Source: an uncultured SAR86 cluster bacterium
GTDB taxonomy: Bacteria; Pseudomonadota; Gammaproteobacteria; Magnimaribacterales; AG-339-G14
Direction of reading: 5' to 3'
Assembly: GCA_902624765.1 (NCBI GenBank)
Contig: CACNYO010000001.1
Span: 29,907-93,906, forward strand
DNA: 64,000 bases
Shown here: one piece after another, positions 1 through 10,482 of the stretch
Layout: each line of letters begins with the position of its first letter
Position numbering within the stretch: the first letter of the stretch is position 1
Program-made: the position numbers and the translations under genes
Notes under the pieces: model-generated
Told to the model about the DNA's origin: nothing
The model's database searches: none
The model's input: the letters and a program-made list of their open reading frames with translations, nothing else

Positions 1-92
1 CAAGAAAAACATGGGCTATAATGTCACTTGAATTATGGCATCAAAGTTATCATGATAATTTTGCTCAATTTAAGGCTTTAATAAAGGATTAA
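1..92 (+). CDS. 3' end of an upstream CDS that runs off the window (last ~30 aa only; product not assignable)
   Basis: The frame is open from the window edge to TAA at 90-92 (...WAIMSLELWHQSYHDNFAQFKALIKD*). The stop lies 2 nt before the next start. Confidence 0.3.
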   Translation, partial: RKTWAIMSLELWHQSYHDNFAQFKALIKD

Positions 93-94
93 TA

Positions 95-1036
95 ATGAAG
101 GTTTTAGTAACTGGTGCTCTGGGCCAGATAGGCTCACATGTTGTTGAATTGCTTTTAGAACAAGACATTGAAGTTTACGGAATCGATAACTTAACTACAG
201 GTAGGCAAGAACATCTAAGTAAAAACCCTCGCTTGAATTTATCATTTGAATCAATTTCAAATTTGATCAAAATGGAAGAAATTTTTGAGGAGTTCAAGCC
301 TGATGTTGTTGTTCATACGGCTGCGTCATATAAGGACCCCGATGATTGGTACAACGACACTCTTACAAACTGCGTTGGAGGATCAAATATAATTCAACTC
401 TCAAAGAAATTTAATGTAAAAAGATTTATCTATTTTCAAACAGCACTCTGCTATGGATTGAAACCCAACGAACAACCCATAACATTGGATCATCCTAGAA
501 ATCCTGAAGGGAGTAGTTACGCTATCACTAAAACAACAAATGAACTTTTTTTAGAACTTTCAGGTCTTGATTATGTAACTTTTAGACTGGCTAATGTTGT
601 CGGACCAAGAAATGTAGCAGGTCCATTACCTATTTTTTTTAATCGCATCAAAAATAATCAACAGTGTTTCGTTACCAAGGCGAGAAGAGACTTTGTTTAT
701 GTCATGGATCTTGCAAAATGCGTTATCAAAGCTATTCATGGAAAAGGCCACGGCGCTTATCACTTTTCTTCTGGCAAAGATGTTGCAATTCTTGAGCTAT
801 ATGATGAAGTTGTAAAATCAATGAGATTAAATGAGTATCCTCAGCCTGAAATTAAGGATTTAAGTGAAGATGATGTCGAATCGATCTTACTTGATCCCAA
901 AAGGACTTTTAAAGATTTCGGAGATATTGAATTCACCCCAATAGAAACAACGGTTCAAAAAGCTGTAGATTATTTTGAAGAGTTCGGTACTTTAGGTGAA
1001 TACACTCATCTAAGAATAGATTCAGAAAAAAAATAA
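95..1036 (+). CDS. NAD-dependent nucleotide-sugar epimerase/dehydratase (extended SDR)
   Basis: N-terminal Rossmann motif VLVTGALGQIGSH and catalytic YAITK (YxxxK). AAGGA Shine-Dalgarno-like sequence upstream of the ATG. Confidence 0.85.
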   Translation: MKVLVTGALGQIGSHVVELLLEQDIEVYGIDNLTTGRQEHLSKNPRLNLSFESISNLIKMEEIFEEFKPDVVVHTAASYKDPDDWYNDTLTNCVGGSNIIQLSKKFNVKRFIYFQTALCYGLKPNEQPITLDHPRNPEGSSYAITKTTNELFLELSGLDYVTFRLANVVGPRNVAGPLPIFFNRIKNNQQCFVTKARRDFVYVMDLAKCVIKAIHGKGHGAYHFSSGKDVAILELYDEVVKSMRLNEYPQPEIKDLSEDDVESILLDPKRTFKDFGDIEFTPIETTVQKAVDYFEEFGTLGEYTHLRIDSEKK

Positions 1037-1951
1037 GTGAACATATTTATTACTGGAATAGCTGGATGTTTAGGTTCTAACTTAGCTGATAGATTTCTTG
1101 AAATGGGACATATAGTTTCTGGTATTGATAATTTTGCAACTGGTTCAGAAGATTACATAGCTAATCAAAAAAGCATTAATTTTTTTGAGGGCTCAATTTC
1201 AGATATCGATCTTCTTAAGCATGCCATAGAGGAAAGTAACCCTGAAATTATCATTCATTCAGCAGCTTCATATAAAGATCCAAATGATTTTCATGAAGAT
1301 ATAAATACAAATATTTTAGGGATGATAAATTTAGTTAATCATGCAGATAAAATGAAAGTAAAAAAGTTTATTAATTTCCAGACAGCTCTCTGCTACGGTG
1401 TTCCTGAATCAACCCCAATTTCTATTCATAGTAATCTTAAACCATTCACAAGTTACGGTATTTCTAAAACGGCAGGAGAGGCTTATTTAATGAATTCAGA
1501 TTTATCATACGTATCATTAAGATTAGGAAATATCTGTGGGCCTAGACTTTCTATAGGACCGATTCCAACTTTCTATGGGAGACTAAAAGATGGAAAAAAA
1601 TGTTTTTGCACAGATTCAATTAGAGATTTTTTAGATTTTTCGGATTTTATGGATTTCATTGATTTAATTTTTGAAAAAAATATTCAAGGTATATTCAACC
1701 TATCGACAGGTAGAGGAAATACAATCAAAGAAATTTATGAATTAGTTTGTGATCACTTTAATATCAAAGATAAAACAATTGAGGTAAGAGAAATTAATAA
1801 AGACGATATTAAAGAGGTTGTTTTAGATCCACAAGAGGCTTTCAAAGCTGGTTGGAAACCCAAGTTTACTTTTGAGCAAATAATTAAGAGACAATTGAAA
1901 TGGTATGATAATAATTCAATTGACGAAATCTATAGCCATTTAAAAAAATGA
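1037..1951 (+). CDS. NAD-dependent nucleotide-sugar epimerase/dehydratase (extended SDR), paralog of the preceding gene
   Basis: IFITGIAGCLGSN Rossmann motif and YGISK. Shares blocks with the previous ORF (AASYKDP.D, F.YFQTALCYG). GTG start immediately after the preceding TAA. Confidence 0.8.
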   Translation: MNIFITGIAGCLGSNLADRFLEMGHIVSGIDNFATGSEDYIANQKSINFFEGSISDIDLLKHAIEESNPEIIIHSAASYKDPNDFHEDINTNILGMINLVNHADKMKVKKFINFQTALCYGVPESTPISIHSNLKPFTSYGISKTAGEAYLMNSDLSYVSLRLGNICGPRLSIGPIPTFYGRLKDGKKCFCTDSIRDFLDFSDFMDFIDLIFEKNIQGIFNLSTGRGNTIKEIYELVCDHFNIKDKTIEVREINKDDIKEVVLDPQEAFKAGWKPKFTFEQIIKRQLKWYDNNSIDEIYSHLKK

Positions 1952-3009
1952 ATTCTGGTCTTTCACTTGATGGAAAAACTCTTCTTGTAGTTGGAGGATG
2001 TGGATTTGTCGGAAGTAATTTAATTAAGTTAATTTTAAAAAAATATAACCCTAAAGAGATTATTGTGGTGGATAATTTGTTGTCATCTGAGACAAAAAAT
2101 CTTCCTAATGATAAAAGAATAAATCTTATTATTGGTTCGATTTCACAAACAGAAATTTTACAAAAAATTAATCCAGCTTTGGATTATATATTTCATTTAG
2201 CGTGCTTCCATGGTAATCAATCTTCTATTGCTTCTCCCATTCAAGATCATGAAAACAATACATTAACTTCGTTGATGTTATTTGATTTTTTTCATAGTAA
2301 TAAAAATTTAAAAAAGGTAGTTTATTCAGCTGCTGGTTGCGCCGTTGCAGATAAAACTTATGACAACCCAACTGCTACCGAAGAAAATGCACCAGTTTCT
2401 TTATTTCATGACAGTCCTTATTCTATTTCAAAGCTCATAGGGGAAATGTATGGTAACTATTATTTTCATCGTTATGGTTTTCCTTTTGTTAAAGCAAGAT
2501 TTCAAAATGTCTATGGACCGGGAGAATTATTGGGGGCTGGTCGATGGAGAGGAACACCTAATACTGTTTGGAGAAATGTGATACCTACTTTTATTTGGAA
2601 GGCTTTAAATAAGGAAGCCCTTCCTCTTGAAAATGAGGGAGAATCATCTAGGGATTTTATTTTTGTAGAAGATATAGCCGAAGGGTTAATTTCCTGTGCT
2701 TTATCAGGGGTTGATGGAGAAGCATACAATCTTGCAACTGGAGAAGAGACTAAAATAATTGAAATTGCAAAAATTATTAATTCTTTGACTGAAAATGATG
2801 GAAATATAAATCTTTTACCTAAACGAGATTGGGATAATTCCGGTAGAAGGTTTGGGTCAACTAAAAAATCTAAGGAACAACTAAATTTCACTACAACAAC
2901 ATCCATAGATGACGGTTTAGAAAAGACTGTTCAATGGTTTTTAGACAATTTTAACTTTATTAAAGGATCAATAGAAAAGCATGAGCTAAATATGTCCAAA
3001 TTTAATTAA
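1948..3009 (+). CDS. NAD-dependent nucleotide-sugar epimerase/dehydratase (extended SDR, UDP-glucuronate decarboxylase/4,6-dehydratase-like)
   Basis: VVGGCGFVGSN Rossmann motif and YSISK. ATGA start/stop overlap with the previous gene. Confidence 0.85.
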   Translation: MNSGLSLDGKTLLVVGGCGFVGSNLIKLILKKYNPKEIIVVDNLLSSETKNLPNDKRINLIIGSISQTEILQKINPALDYIFHLACFHGNQSSIASPIQDHENNTLTSLMLFDFFHSNKNLKKVVYSAAGCAVADKTYDNPTATEENAPVSLFHDSPYSISKLIGEMYGNYYFHRYGFPFVKARFQNVYGPGELLGAGRWRGTPNTVWRNVIPTFIWKALNKEALPLENEGESSRDFIFVEDIAEGLISCALSGVDGEAYNLATGEETKIIEIAKIINSLTENDGNINLLPKRDWDNSGRRFGSTKKSKEQLNFTTTTSIDDGLEKTVQWFLDNFNFIKGSIEKHELNMSKFN

Positions 3010-3218
3010 TGCTAAAAGTCAAAAGCATCTTTGGATGTAGGACGCAAATTTAAGAGGCATCAGCTTTACTAAAATATATAGGTTAGAAAATTAATAAATT
3101 CAAATAATGAATTAATTTTTCAAAAAAAACTTATGGAAACAGACAGACTAAAAAAAATCTCTTATACCATCTATTGAATCCTTTAAAATACTTATTCGCC
3201 TAAATTTTGCAGGTTCTT

Positions 3219-4124
3219 ATGAAGATAGTCCTTGATAAATTAAAAACTTTTCTAAATAAAATTCGTTCCAAACTAGCTTCTTTTAAAGGTTCTGAATCTT
3301 ATTGGTCTGTTCATATGGTGAACAAAAAAACCTTTGGTACAGTTGAACAATCTTTGGAGCATTTCCATTGGAGAAATTCTATTTATCCTGGTTACATTGA
3401 ACTTATGCCGGTTAATCAAGCTGACGGCTTAGTAGTTTTAGATTATGGATGTGGACCAGGAAACGACTTAGTTGGATTTGGGCATTTTTCAAATCCTAAA
3501 AAGCTTATAGGAGCGGATGTTTCAGCTCCTGCAATGAAAATAGCAAGAAAAAGAACTGATTTGCATGGAATAGAGGTTGAATTTTTAAAAATTGATGAGG
3601 ATCTTAACAACTTATCACTAGAATCGGATTCAGTGGACTTGGTTCATTCATCTGGAGTGTTGCATCATGCAAAAGAAATAAATTTGGCACTCAAAGAAAT
3701 ATACCGAGTCCTTAAACCTGGAGGCAGTTTTCAAGTCATGGTCTATAATTATTCTTCATTATGGCTTCATTTATATACTGCTTATCTAACCCAAATAAAA
3801 AATAAAAAATATTCTAACTTGCCTTTAAAAGAAGCTTTTAGAAAACTTACTGATGGAGCTGATTGTCCAATATCAAATTGTTATAAACCTGAGGAGTTTG
3901 AATCATTAGTAAAATTACATGGCTTTGATGGAGCTTTTATGGATGCTTCAATTTCAACAACCGAACTAAAAATGCTCCCAGAGATTCACAAGGCAATTGA
4001 AGATCAAAGTTTGGCACAAGAGCACAGAGATTTTTTATCTAGCCTAACATTCAACGAAAAAAATCACCCGATTACTCAAGGGTCTATTGCTGGAATAAAT
4101 GCATGTTTTCTCTTTAAAAAATGA
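3219..4124 (+). CDS. class I SAM-dependent methyltransferase
   Basis: Motif I VLDYGCGPGND and post-I acidic residue. The ORF opens at TTG 3207, but ATG 3219 is the more likely start. Confidence 0.8.
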   Translation: MKIVLDKLKTFLNKIRSKLASFKGSESYWSVHMVNKKTFGTVEQSLEHFHWRNSIYPGYIELMPVNQADGLVVLDYGCGPGNDLVGFGHFSNPKKLIGADVSAPAMKIARKRTDLHGIEVEFLKIDEDLNNLSLESDSVDLVHSSGVLHHAKEINLALKEIYRVLKPGGSFQVMVYNYSSLWLHLYTAYLTQIKNKKYSNLPLKEAFRKLTDGADCPISNCYKPEEFESLVKLHGFDGAFMDASISTTELKMLPEIHKAIEDQSLAQEHRDFLSSLTFNEKNHPITQGSIAGINACFLFKK

Positions 4125-4208
4125 AAACTTGATGAGCGACTAACCATCTAATTTAATAATTAACCTTAGTCTAGATAATAAGTTTATAAAGCTTAGATCA
4201 TGAAATAT

Positions 4209-5072
4209 CTATTCACGAAGAAGATATTTCCTAGATAAGATCCAAAATATAGACAAAAATAAACCTAATATGATTCCAGAATATAAGTAAAGCCTTTTTG
4301 CAGGGAGGCTTGGTGAGACTGGTACATAAGGAGAGTCAATATATTCTAAAACATAATCGGTCTTAATGTTTGAAAGGACCAAAGTTCTCAATTTGGCAGA
4401 TAAAACACTTGATAGAGTTTCTTGTATGTCAACGATCTGAATTTTTGGCAGCTCTCTAGAAATATAATCAATGGCATCTTTCGACTCTTTATCATCTCTC
4501 ATTTTAAAGTAAGCATTTGTTTCTTGGACTATTACTTCAAGTATTATCTTAGCCATGATTGGATTTTCATGAAAAGACCTAATCGCAAATGGGCCCATGG
4601 AGGTATCTATTTCAAAAGATGAATCAAAAAGAGAATGTTGCGATAAAAAATTAAGCTTTGAAAGTTCATCTTTGTACTTTTCTCTTACAGATTGAGAATA
4701 AAGTAAACTGTTTATCTGTTCTTCATTCAAATTTTTAATATCTTCATAATTCAATAAGAGAATGATTAAATTAGTTTTTTCGGAAACTAACTTAAAAAAA
4801 TCTCTAGATTTTATATGATCCTGTAGGTATCCTGCCTGACTGCCGCCCTGCTGAAAGAAATTAAATATACCTAAATTAGAAGCTTCAAGTTGACTGGTTA
4901 AATCATTATTATTTACTTTTAATTTGGTTTCTGAAATATAAATGTCTTGAAGAAAAAGAGAGTATAAAAAAAATAATGACCCTAAAGATGCTGAAATAAG
5001 AAGAATTTTTAATTTCTCTTTCCATAGTTCATCTAGTATTTCAAAAAAATTTATTTCATTATTGTTTTCCAT
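4209..5072 (-). CDS. Wzz-like polysaccharide chain-length determinant (PCP family)
   Basis: N-terminal and C-terminal transmembrane segments flank a long hydrophilic, helix-rich region. C-terminal Pro-rich stretch (PYVPVSPSLP) lies before TM2. Located inside the O-antigen-type locus. Confidence 0.6.
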   Translation of the reverse strand: MENNNEINFFEILDELWKEKLKILLISASLGSLFFLYSLFLQDIYISETKLKVNNNDLTSQLEASNLGIFNFFQQGGSQAGYLQDHIKSRDFFKLVSEKTNLIILLLNYEDIKNLNEEQINSLLYSQSVREKYKDELSKLNFLSQHSLFDSSFEIDTSMGPFAIRSFHENPIMAKIILEVIVQETNAYFKMRDDKESKDAIDYISRELPKIQIVDIQETLSSVLSAKLRTLVLSNIKTDYVLEYIDSPYVPVSPSLPAKRLYLYSGIILGLFLSIFWILSRKYLLRE

Positions 5073-5206
5073 ATCTAATTTTACATTACTCTATTAAGAT
5101 TTTGACTGCTCAGTCTAATATAATGCTCAATTAAATGAATGATTTTCAAAGAAATAATGATATTTGTATCTAATAAGATAAATTTCTTTAAACTAAAAAG
5201 GATTCA

Positions 5207-6394
5207 ATGAAATTATTTATTGTTAATTTGTTTTTCTTTTTTTCTTTGATGCCCTTTATTTCCCCTTATCCATTAGGTACTGACGTTCAGCCAGTTAGTA
5301 TTTTATTTGGTTCTTTACTGCTCTTTTGGAGATTCCTTGAAAGAAGAATTACTTTAAATTACCTTAGCTTTTGTTTCATCATGATTGCATTTTTTTCACT
5401 ATTTTATAGCGGGTTTGATCCTCAAAATAGCTTTGAACCTCGGTATAGATTTAGCCTACTCTTTGCATTCATTACTTTTCTGACTATTTTTTATTATTTT
5501 AAGTTTTTCTCACCTTTTGCTTTGAAAGCAGCAATCTATTTGAACTTTTTTGGAATTATCTGGCACTTTATTTCACCGGAAACTTTTGTGCCTTTAGCTG
5601 AAAATATTGTTAGAACAATAAAAGACTCTGCTGGAGGAAGAGGTGTTACTGGATTTGCAGCCGAGCCAAGTTTCAACTCAATTACTGCATTAGTGCAAAT
5701 AGTCATTTCTTACTATTTTTGGAAAAATAAAAAGATTTCATCTTCATCTTTTTTAATTTTAATTTCACTGTGTTTGATAATTATACTTTTAACAAGATCA
5801 GGAACTGGTTATCTTTTAACTTTTTTTCTATTTGGTATCTATTTTTTATCTCAAATATCTTTCAAAAGACTTTTGTCTATAATGATTTTGCTACCAATTA
5901 TTGTTATGAGCTTTTTAAATACTACCTACTCAGATTCAAGAGGTGGGCAACTGATTAAAACTTTATTAACGAATCCATCAATTCTTCTTAAGGATGGATC
6001 TGTTTCTGAGAGAATGCTTGCTGTCGAGATTGGCTATAGATCATTGCTATTAAATCCATTTGGCAATGGAGGGGGATCATATGAAAAAGCCGCTAATAAA
6101 GTAAATGATAAGTTTAATCTGGTGATCAAATACGAAAATCAAGGAATTACTGGAGGCAGAGGAAATAGATACCTAACAGACACTGTTTCAAGTTTTTCGA
6201 GATATTCAATTGAATTAGGATTAATTTTCTTTTTTTTTGTTACTTATTTAATTTACTACTGTACAAGACCTAAGCTATACAGCTTTATGTCTATTCCTCT
6301 AGCTCTAATACTCATCTTAGTATCCTTTTCGATTATCTTTCCCCCTATTTATCTTCTTTTAGTTTCAAGCTTCTATCAGAAAAAAGAATCATGA
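5207..6394 (+). CDS. O-antigen polymerase (Wzy)/O-antigen ligase-family polytopic membrane protein
   Basis: About 10 hydrophobic segments. LLTRSGTGYLL motif followed by a large loop with G-rich NPFGNGGGSY, as in the Wzy_C domain. Locus context supports the call. Confidence 0.6.
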   Translation: MKLFIVNLFFFFSLMPFISPYPLGTDVQPVSILFGSLLLFWRFLERRITLNYLSFCFIMIAFFSLFYSGFDPQNSFEPRYRFSLLFAFITFLTIFYYFKFFSPFALKAAIYLNFFGIIWHFISPETFVPLAENIVRTIKDSAGGRGVTGFAAEPSFNSITALVQIVISYYFWKNKKISSSSFLILISLCLIIILLTRSGTGYLLTFFLFGIYFLSQISFKRLLSIMILLPIIVMSFLNTTYSDSRGGQLIKTLLTNPSILLKDGSVSERMLAVEIGYRSLLLNPFGNGGGSYEKAANKVNDKFNLVIKYENQGITGGRGNRYLTDTVSSFSRYSIELGLIFFFFVTYLIYYCTRPKLYSFMSIPLALILILVSFSIIFPPIYLLLVSSFYQKKES

Positions 6395-6499
6395 AAAATG
6401 TATCTAAACTAAAATTCATTCATCACAGCAGATACTTAATAGAAGAGTCAAAAAGCCTAATAAACTTGCCAAATATTCTAAGGCTTAACTACTAATTTA

Positions 6500-8389
6500 A
6501 TGTGTGGAATTTTTGGAGTTGTAAATTGTTTAGATGAGCAAAGATTTAAAAATGCTCTATCTCTCTTAAATCATAGAGGCCCAGATGATTTTGGTTTGTA
6601 TATTGATCATGATAATCAAATTGCACTTGGCCATACTAGGCTATCGATTATTGATACCTCTTCAAATGGAAAGCAACCAATGGTTTCTGAATCTAAAAGA
6701 TTCATCATTAGCTACAATGGCGAAATTTATAACTATGAGTCACTTAGGTCAGAACTTAATGAATTAGGATACATTTTTAAAAGTACAACTGATACCGAAG
6801 TTATTTTGAATCTTTATGTCCACATGGGATCTGAAATGATTGAAAGATTGGACGGCATATTTTCTATTGCGATATATGATAAAGAAGCAAAAAAAGTTTT
6901 TTTAGCAAGGGACAGATTTGGCATAAAACCTTTATATTTTCACCATTCAGAAGAATCTTTTGTATTTTCAAGCGAGACAAAACCAATATCTTTTTATTTA
7001 AAGCATAAATTGAATTTAAATAAATCATCATTCCTCATGAGCTTGAAGTATTTATGGAACCCATTAAGTTCCTCTTTTATCGAAGGAATTGAAAAGATTG
7101 AGCCTGGATCATTCTTGGAGATAGAATCTTCGAAAATTAAAAAACATAAATTTTCTTCCCCCCCTCTAGTAAACAAAAAAAATAGTTCAAAAAAAATACA
7201 AAGTAGAGATGCTGCAAAAAAAGCCGTCTTCAGCACTCTCAAAAAAACCGTTGAAGACCAAATGGTTTCTGACGTTCCCTTAGGCTCTTTTTTATCAGGA
7301 GGACTAGATTCATCTTCTATTGCTTATTTTGCCAGCAAAATTAATGAAAATTTAGAATGTTTTACAATTAAAACATCAGATGCAAAAGCTGATGGTTTTG
7401 AAGATGATCTTCCTTACGCGAAAAAGGTTGCTAAATTCCTTGGGGTTAATCTAAATATCTGTGAACTTTCTTCCATTAGTCTAATAGACAATATTGAAGA
7501 AACCATATCTATAATGAATGAACCTATTTCTGATCCAGCGATCTTTAATACTTATTTGATCTGCAAGGAAGCAAAAAAAAACAATATAAAAGTTTTACTT
7601 TCAGGAACTGGAGGCGATGATATTTTTACTGGTTACAGAAGACACAGAGCATTACTTCTAAATAACAAAATAAGGAAGTGGGTAAATTTAGGAAATGTAA
7701 ATTTTTTAAATCGCCTTCTTAATGAAAATGTTCCTACTCAGAGAAGAATTAAGAAATTTCTTTCCAGCTTTAAAGAAGGCTCAAATAAAATATCAGATTA
7801 TTTTTGTTGGGCTGACAAAGAAATTTTAAATCTAATTTTAAAACCAAAATATCAGGAAATAATGAATCAGGATCCTCTAATGGATTATTTAGACTTAACT
7901 TGTAAAGATTCTAATTTAAGTGATTTAGACCAGATGTTAAGCTTGGAGCAAAGATTCTTTCTATCAGACCATAATCTTCACTATACAGATAAAATGTCTA
8001 TGGCAGCAGGTATTGAAGTAAGAGTTCCCTTCTTGGGAGAGGAAATCACAAAGCTAGCATCAAAAATAGATGAGAAACTTTTAATTAATTTATTTTCTTC
8101 AAAAAGAATATTGAAATATTCTATGACCGATTGTTTGCCTCAGGAAATAATTCATAGGCCAAAGACTGGCTTTGGAGCTCCAATAAGAAAATGGGTTAAA
8201 TCTGACTTAAAAGCTTATATTAAGGATAAAATCACAATAGAAAATATAAAAAAAACAGATATTCTTGATTATGAAGGCGTAATGAAGCTTATTAAACTTA
8301 ACCAAGACGGGAAGGTGGATGCAAGTTACACAATCATGCAAATACTTTCTCTGATTATTTGGAATGATATTAGAGACAATAATCCATGA
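6500..8389 (+). CDS. asparagine synthase (glutamine-hydrolysing)-like amidotransferase, AsnB/WbpS type
   Basis: N-terminal MCGIFG (Ntn Cys2) and PP-loop SFLSGGLDSS. 629 aa. Confidence 0.85.
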   Translation: MCGIFGVVNCLDEQRFKNALSLLNHRGPDDFGLYIDHDNQIALGHTRLSIIDTSSNGKQPMVSESKRFIISYNGEIYNYESLRSELNELGYIFKSTTDTEVILNLYVHMGSEMIERLDGIFSIAIYDKEAKKVFLARDRFGIKPLYFHHSEESFVFSSETKPISFYLKHKLNLNKSSFLMSLKYLWNPLSSSFIEGIEKIEPGSFLEIESSKIKKHKFSSPPLVNKKNSSKKIQSRDAAKKAVFSTLKKTVEDQMVSDVPLGSFLSGGLDSSSIAYFASKINENLECFTIKTSDAKADGFEDDLPYAKKVAKFLGVNLNICELSSISLIDNIEETISIMNEPISDPAIFNTYLICKEAKKNNIKVLLSGTGGDDIFTGYRRHRALLLNNKIRKWVNLGNVNFLNRLLNENVPTQRRIKKFLSSFKEGSNKISDYFCWADKEILNLILKPKYQEIMNQDPLMDYLDLTCKDSNLSDLDQMLSLEQRFFLSDHNLHYTDKMSMAAGIEVRVPFLGEEITKLASKIDEKLLINLFSSKRILKYSMTDCLPQEIIHRPKTGFGAPIRKWVKSDLKAYIKDKITIENIKKTDILDYEGVMKLIKLNQDGKVDASYTIMQILSLIIWNDIRDNNP

Positions 8390-10482
8390 AGCAACTATTT
8401 CAAAGCCTAAAAAATGGTCAACTTTATTTGGAGGACATTCCAAATAGAAAACCAGACAGCAATAATATCTGCATCAAAACAAGTATTTCATTATTGTCTC
8501 CAGGAACAGAGAAAATGCTTTTAGATTTTGGTAAGTCTGGGATCTTAAAAAAAGCACTTACGCAACCAGAAAGAGTTAAAGAAGTCATCAACAAAATGAA
8601 GATTGAGGGTGTATTTGAGACTTACCAGAAGGTCTTAAATAAATTGGATCAGCCAATTCCATTGGGTTATTGCAATGTTGGTATAGTTGAAAGCGTAGGT
8701 AAAGACGTAAAAAATTACAAAGTTGGCGATAGAGTAGTTTCTAATGGATTTCATGCAGAATTTGTCGAAGTTCCTGAAAATCTTTGCCAAAAAATTCCAG
8801 ATAATGTAACTGATGAACAAGCTGTGTTTACAATTTTGTCATCTATTTCTCTTCACGGGATAAGATTATCTGAGCCAACTTTAGGTGAAACTTATGTAGT
8901 TATTGGTATGGGTTTGGTCGGCCTTCTATGTACTGAGTTACTAATTTTAAATGGATGTAATGTTATAAGCGTAGATATTGATTCAAGCAGGCTTGAACAC
9001 GCTAAAAATCTTGGAGCTGAAACGGTGCACCTTTCTGAAAAGATGAATGTTGATGACGCAGTATCAGCTATATCCGGCAAACATGTAGTTGATGCTGTAA
9101 TTATTTCAACTTCTTCTCAATCAAGTGATCCAGTTGATATAGCAGCAAAAGTTTGCAGAAAAAAAGGAAGAATAATACTGGTTGGAACGGCAGATATTCG
9201 ATTTTCTAGACAAGATCTTTATGAAAAAGAAATAAGTTTTAAGGTTTCTAGTTCCTATGGACCAGGAAGATACGATAAAAATTATGAAGATAAATCAATT
9301 GATTATCCAATAGCATATGTAAGATGGACTCAAAATAGAAACTTTGAATCAATTCTTAATCTAATTGATAAGGGATCATTTAAGCCAGATAAACTAATTA
9401 CAGATAGATTTAATTTTGAAAATTTTGAGCAGGGCTATGAAGCACTCAATAAAAATAATTCTTTAGGTATTATTTTTCAATACAATCTGGAGAGTTCAGT
9501 TCAAAGAGATACTTTAGTACTAAATAACAAAACTAGCGCTCCTAAAGATTCAATGAAAGTTGATTTCATAGGTGCGGGAAACTATGCAACTTCTGTTCTC
9601 ATGCCTAAGTTAGAAAAAAATAATGTCGACTTCAATATGCTTTTGACAAAGTCGGGGTTAAATACTCCAAATGTTTTAAAGAAATATTCTTTCAATGGAG
9701 TTACAAGTAATGCTGATGAAATTTTCAAAAATGGAAATTCCGATATTGTTTTTGTAGCAAGCTCTCATTCTTCTCATGCAAAATTTTTAATACAAGCTAT
9801 TGAAGCAGACAAGAATATTTTTCTTGAGAAACCATTATGTATAAATTTTGAACAATTTAACGAGATTAAAAATAAAATAAATAATTCACCGCAATTACCT
9901 TCAATAATGATGGGGTTTAATAGGCGTTTTTCTCCTTTGGTACAAAAAATTAAAAATGTTCTTTCAACAAATAAATATCCACTAGCAATTGAGTACACTA
10001 TTAATGCAGGAAATATTTCAAATGATCATTGGATTCAGGATAAGGAGGAAGGAGGAGGAAGATTAATAGGAGAAGCATGTCATTTTATTGATTTAGCTGT
10101 TTTTCTAAGTGATTCTGATATTGATGATTATTCAGTTATGCACTCGGATGCTCTAAATAGGGATACCTTTTCAATTTCGGTAAAATTTAAAAACAGTTCC
10201 ATAGCTAATATCAATTACTTTTCAAATGGTAATTCAAAATATCCAAAAGAAATTCTAAAAGTATTTTTCAATGATAAAGTTATTGTTCTGGATAATTTTA
10301 AAAAGCTTAAATCTTATGGAGTCAAATCTTTAAAAAATATAAGTTATTTCAGCCAAAAGAAAGGACAAGCAGAGTGCATTAAAGGTTTTATAGAAACAAT
10401 TAAAAAGGGAGAAAGATCTCCTATAAAACTTCAAGAAATTTTGAAGGTTAGCGAGATTTCTCTTGAGCTCTCACATAATTGA
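8386..10482 (+). CDS. bi-domain oxidoreductase (Zn-alcohol-dehydrogenase-like N-half plus Gfo/Idh/MocA-like C-half)
   Basis: The MDR-like region has VIGMGLVGLL. The second Rossmann region is VDFIGAGNYA...EKPL. ATGA overlap with the asnB-like gene. Confidence 0.75.
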   Translation: MKQLFQSLKNGQLYLEDIPNRKPDSNNICIKTSISLLSPGTEKMLLDFGKSGILKKALTQPERVKEVINKMKIEGVFETYQKVLNKLDQPIPLGYCNVGIVESVGKDVKNYKVGDRVVSNGFHAEFVEVPENLCQKIPDNVTDEQAVFTILSSISLHGIRLSEPTLGETYVVIGMGLVGLLCTELLILNGCNVISVDIDSSRLEHAKNLGAETVHLSEKMNVDDAVSAISGKHVVDAVIISTSSQSSDPVDIAAKVCRKKGRIILVGTADIRFSRQDLYEKEISFKVSSSYGPGRYDKNYEDKSIDYPIAYVRWTQNRNFESILNLIDKGSFKPDKLITDRFNFENFEQGYEALNKNNSLGIIFQYNLESSVQRDTLVLNNKTSAPKDSMKVDFIGAGNYATSVLMPKLEKNNVDFNMLLTKSGLNTPNVLKKYSFNGVTSNADEIFKNGNSDIVFVASSHSSHAKFLIQAIEADKNIFLEKPLCINFEQFNEIKNKINNSPQLPSIMMGFNRRFSPLVQKIKNVLSTNKYPLAIEYTINAGNISNDHWIQDKEEGGGRLIGEACHFIDLAVFLSDSDIDDYSVMHSDALNRDTFSISVKFKNSSIANINYFSNGNSKYPKEILKVFFNDKVIVLDNFKKLKSYGVKSLKNISYFSQKKGQAECIKGFIETIKKGERSPIKLQEILKVSEISLELSHN

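Noticed and set aside
2511-2906. 131-aa ORF antisense to the third SDR gene
   Set aside because: It lies entirely inside a well-supported CDS on the other strand. It has a low-complexity, motif-less translation, which is typical of a shadow ORF.
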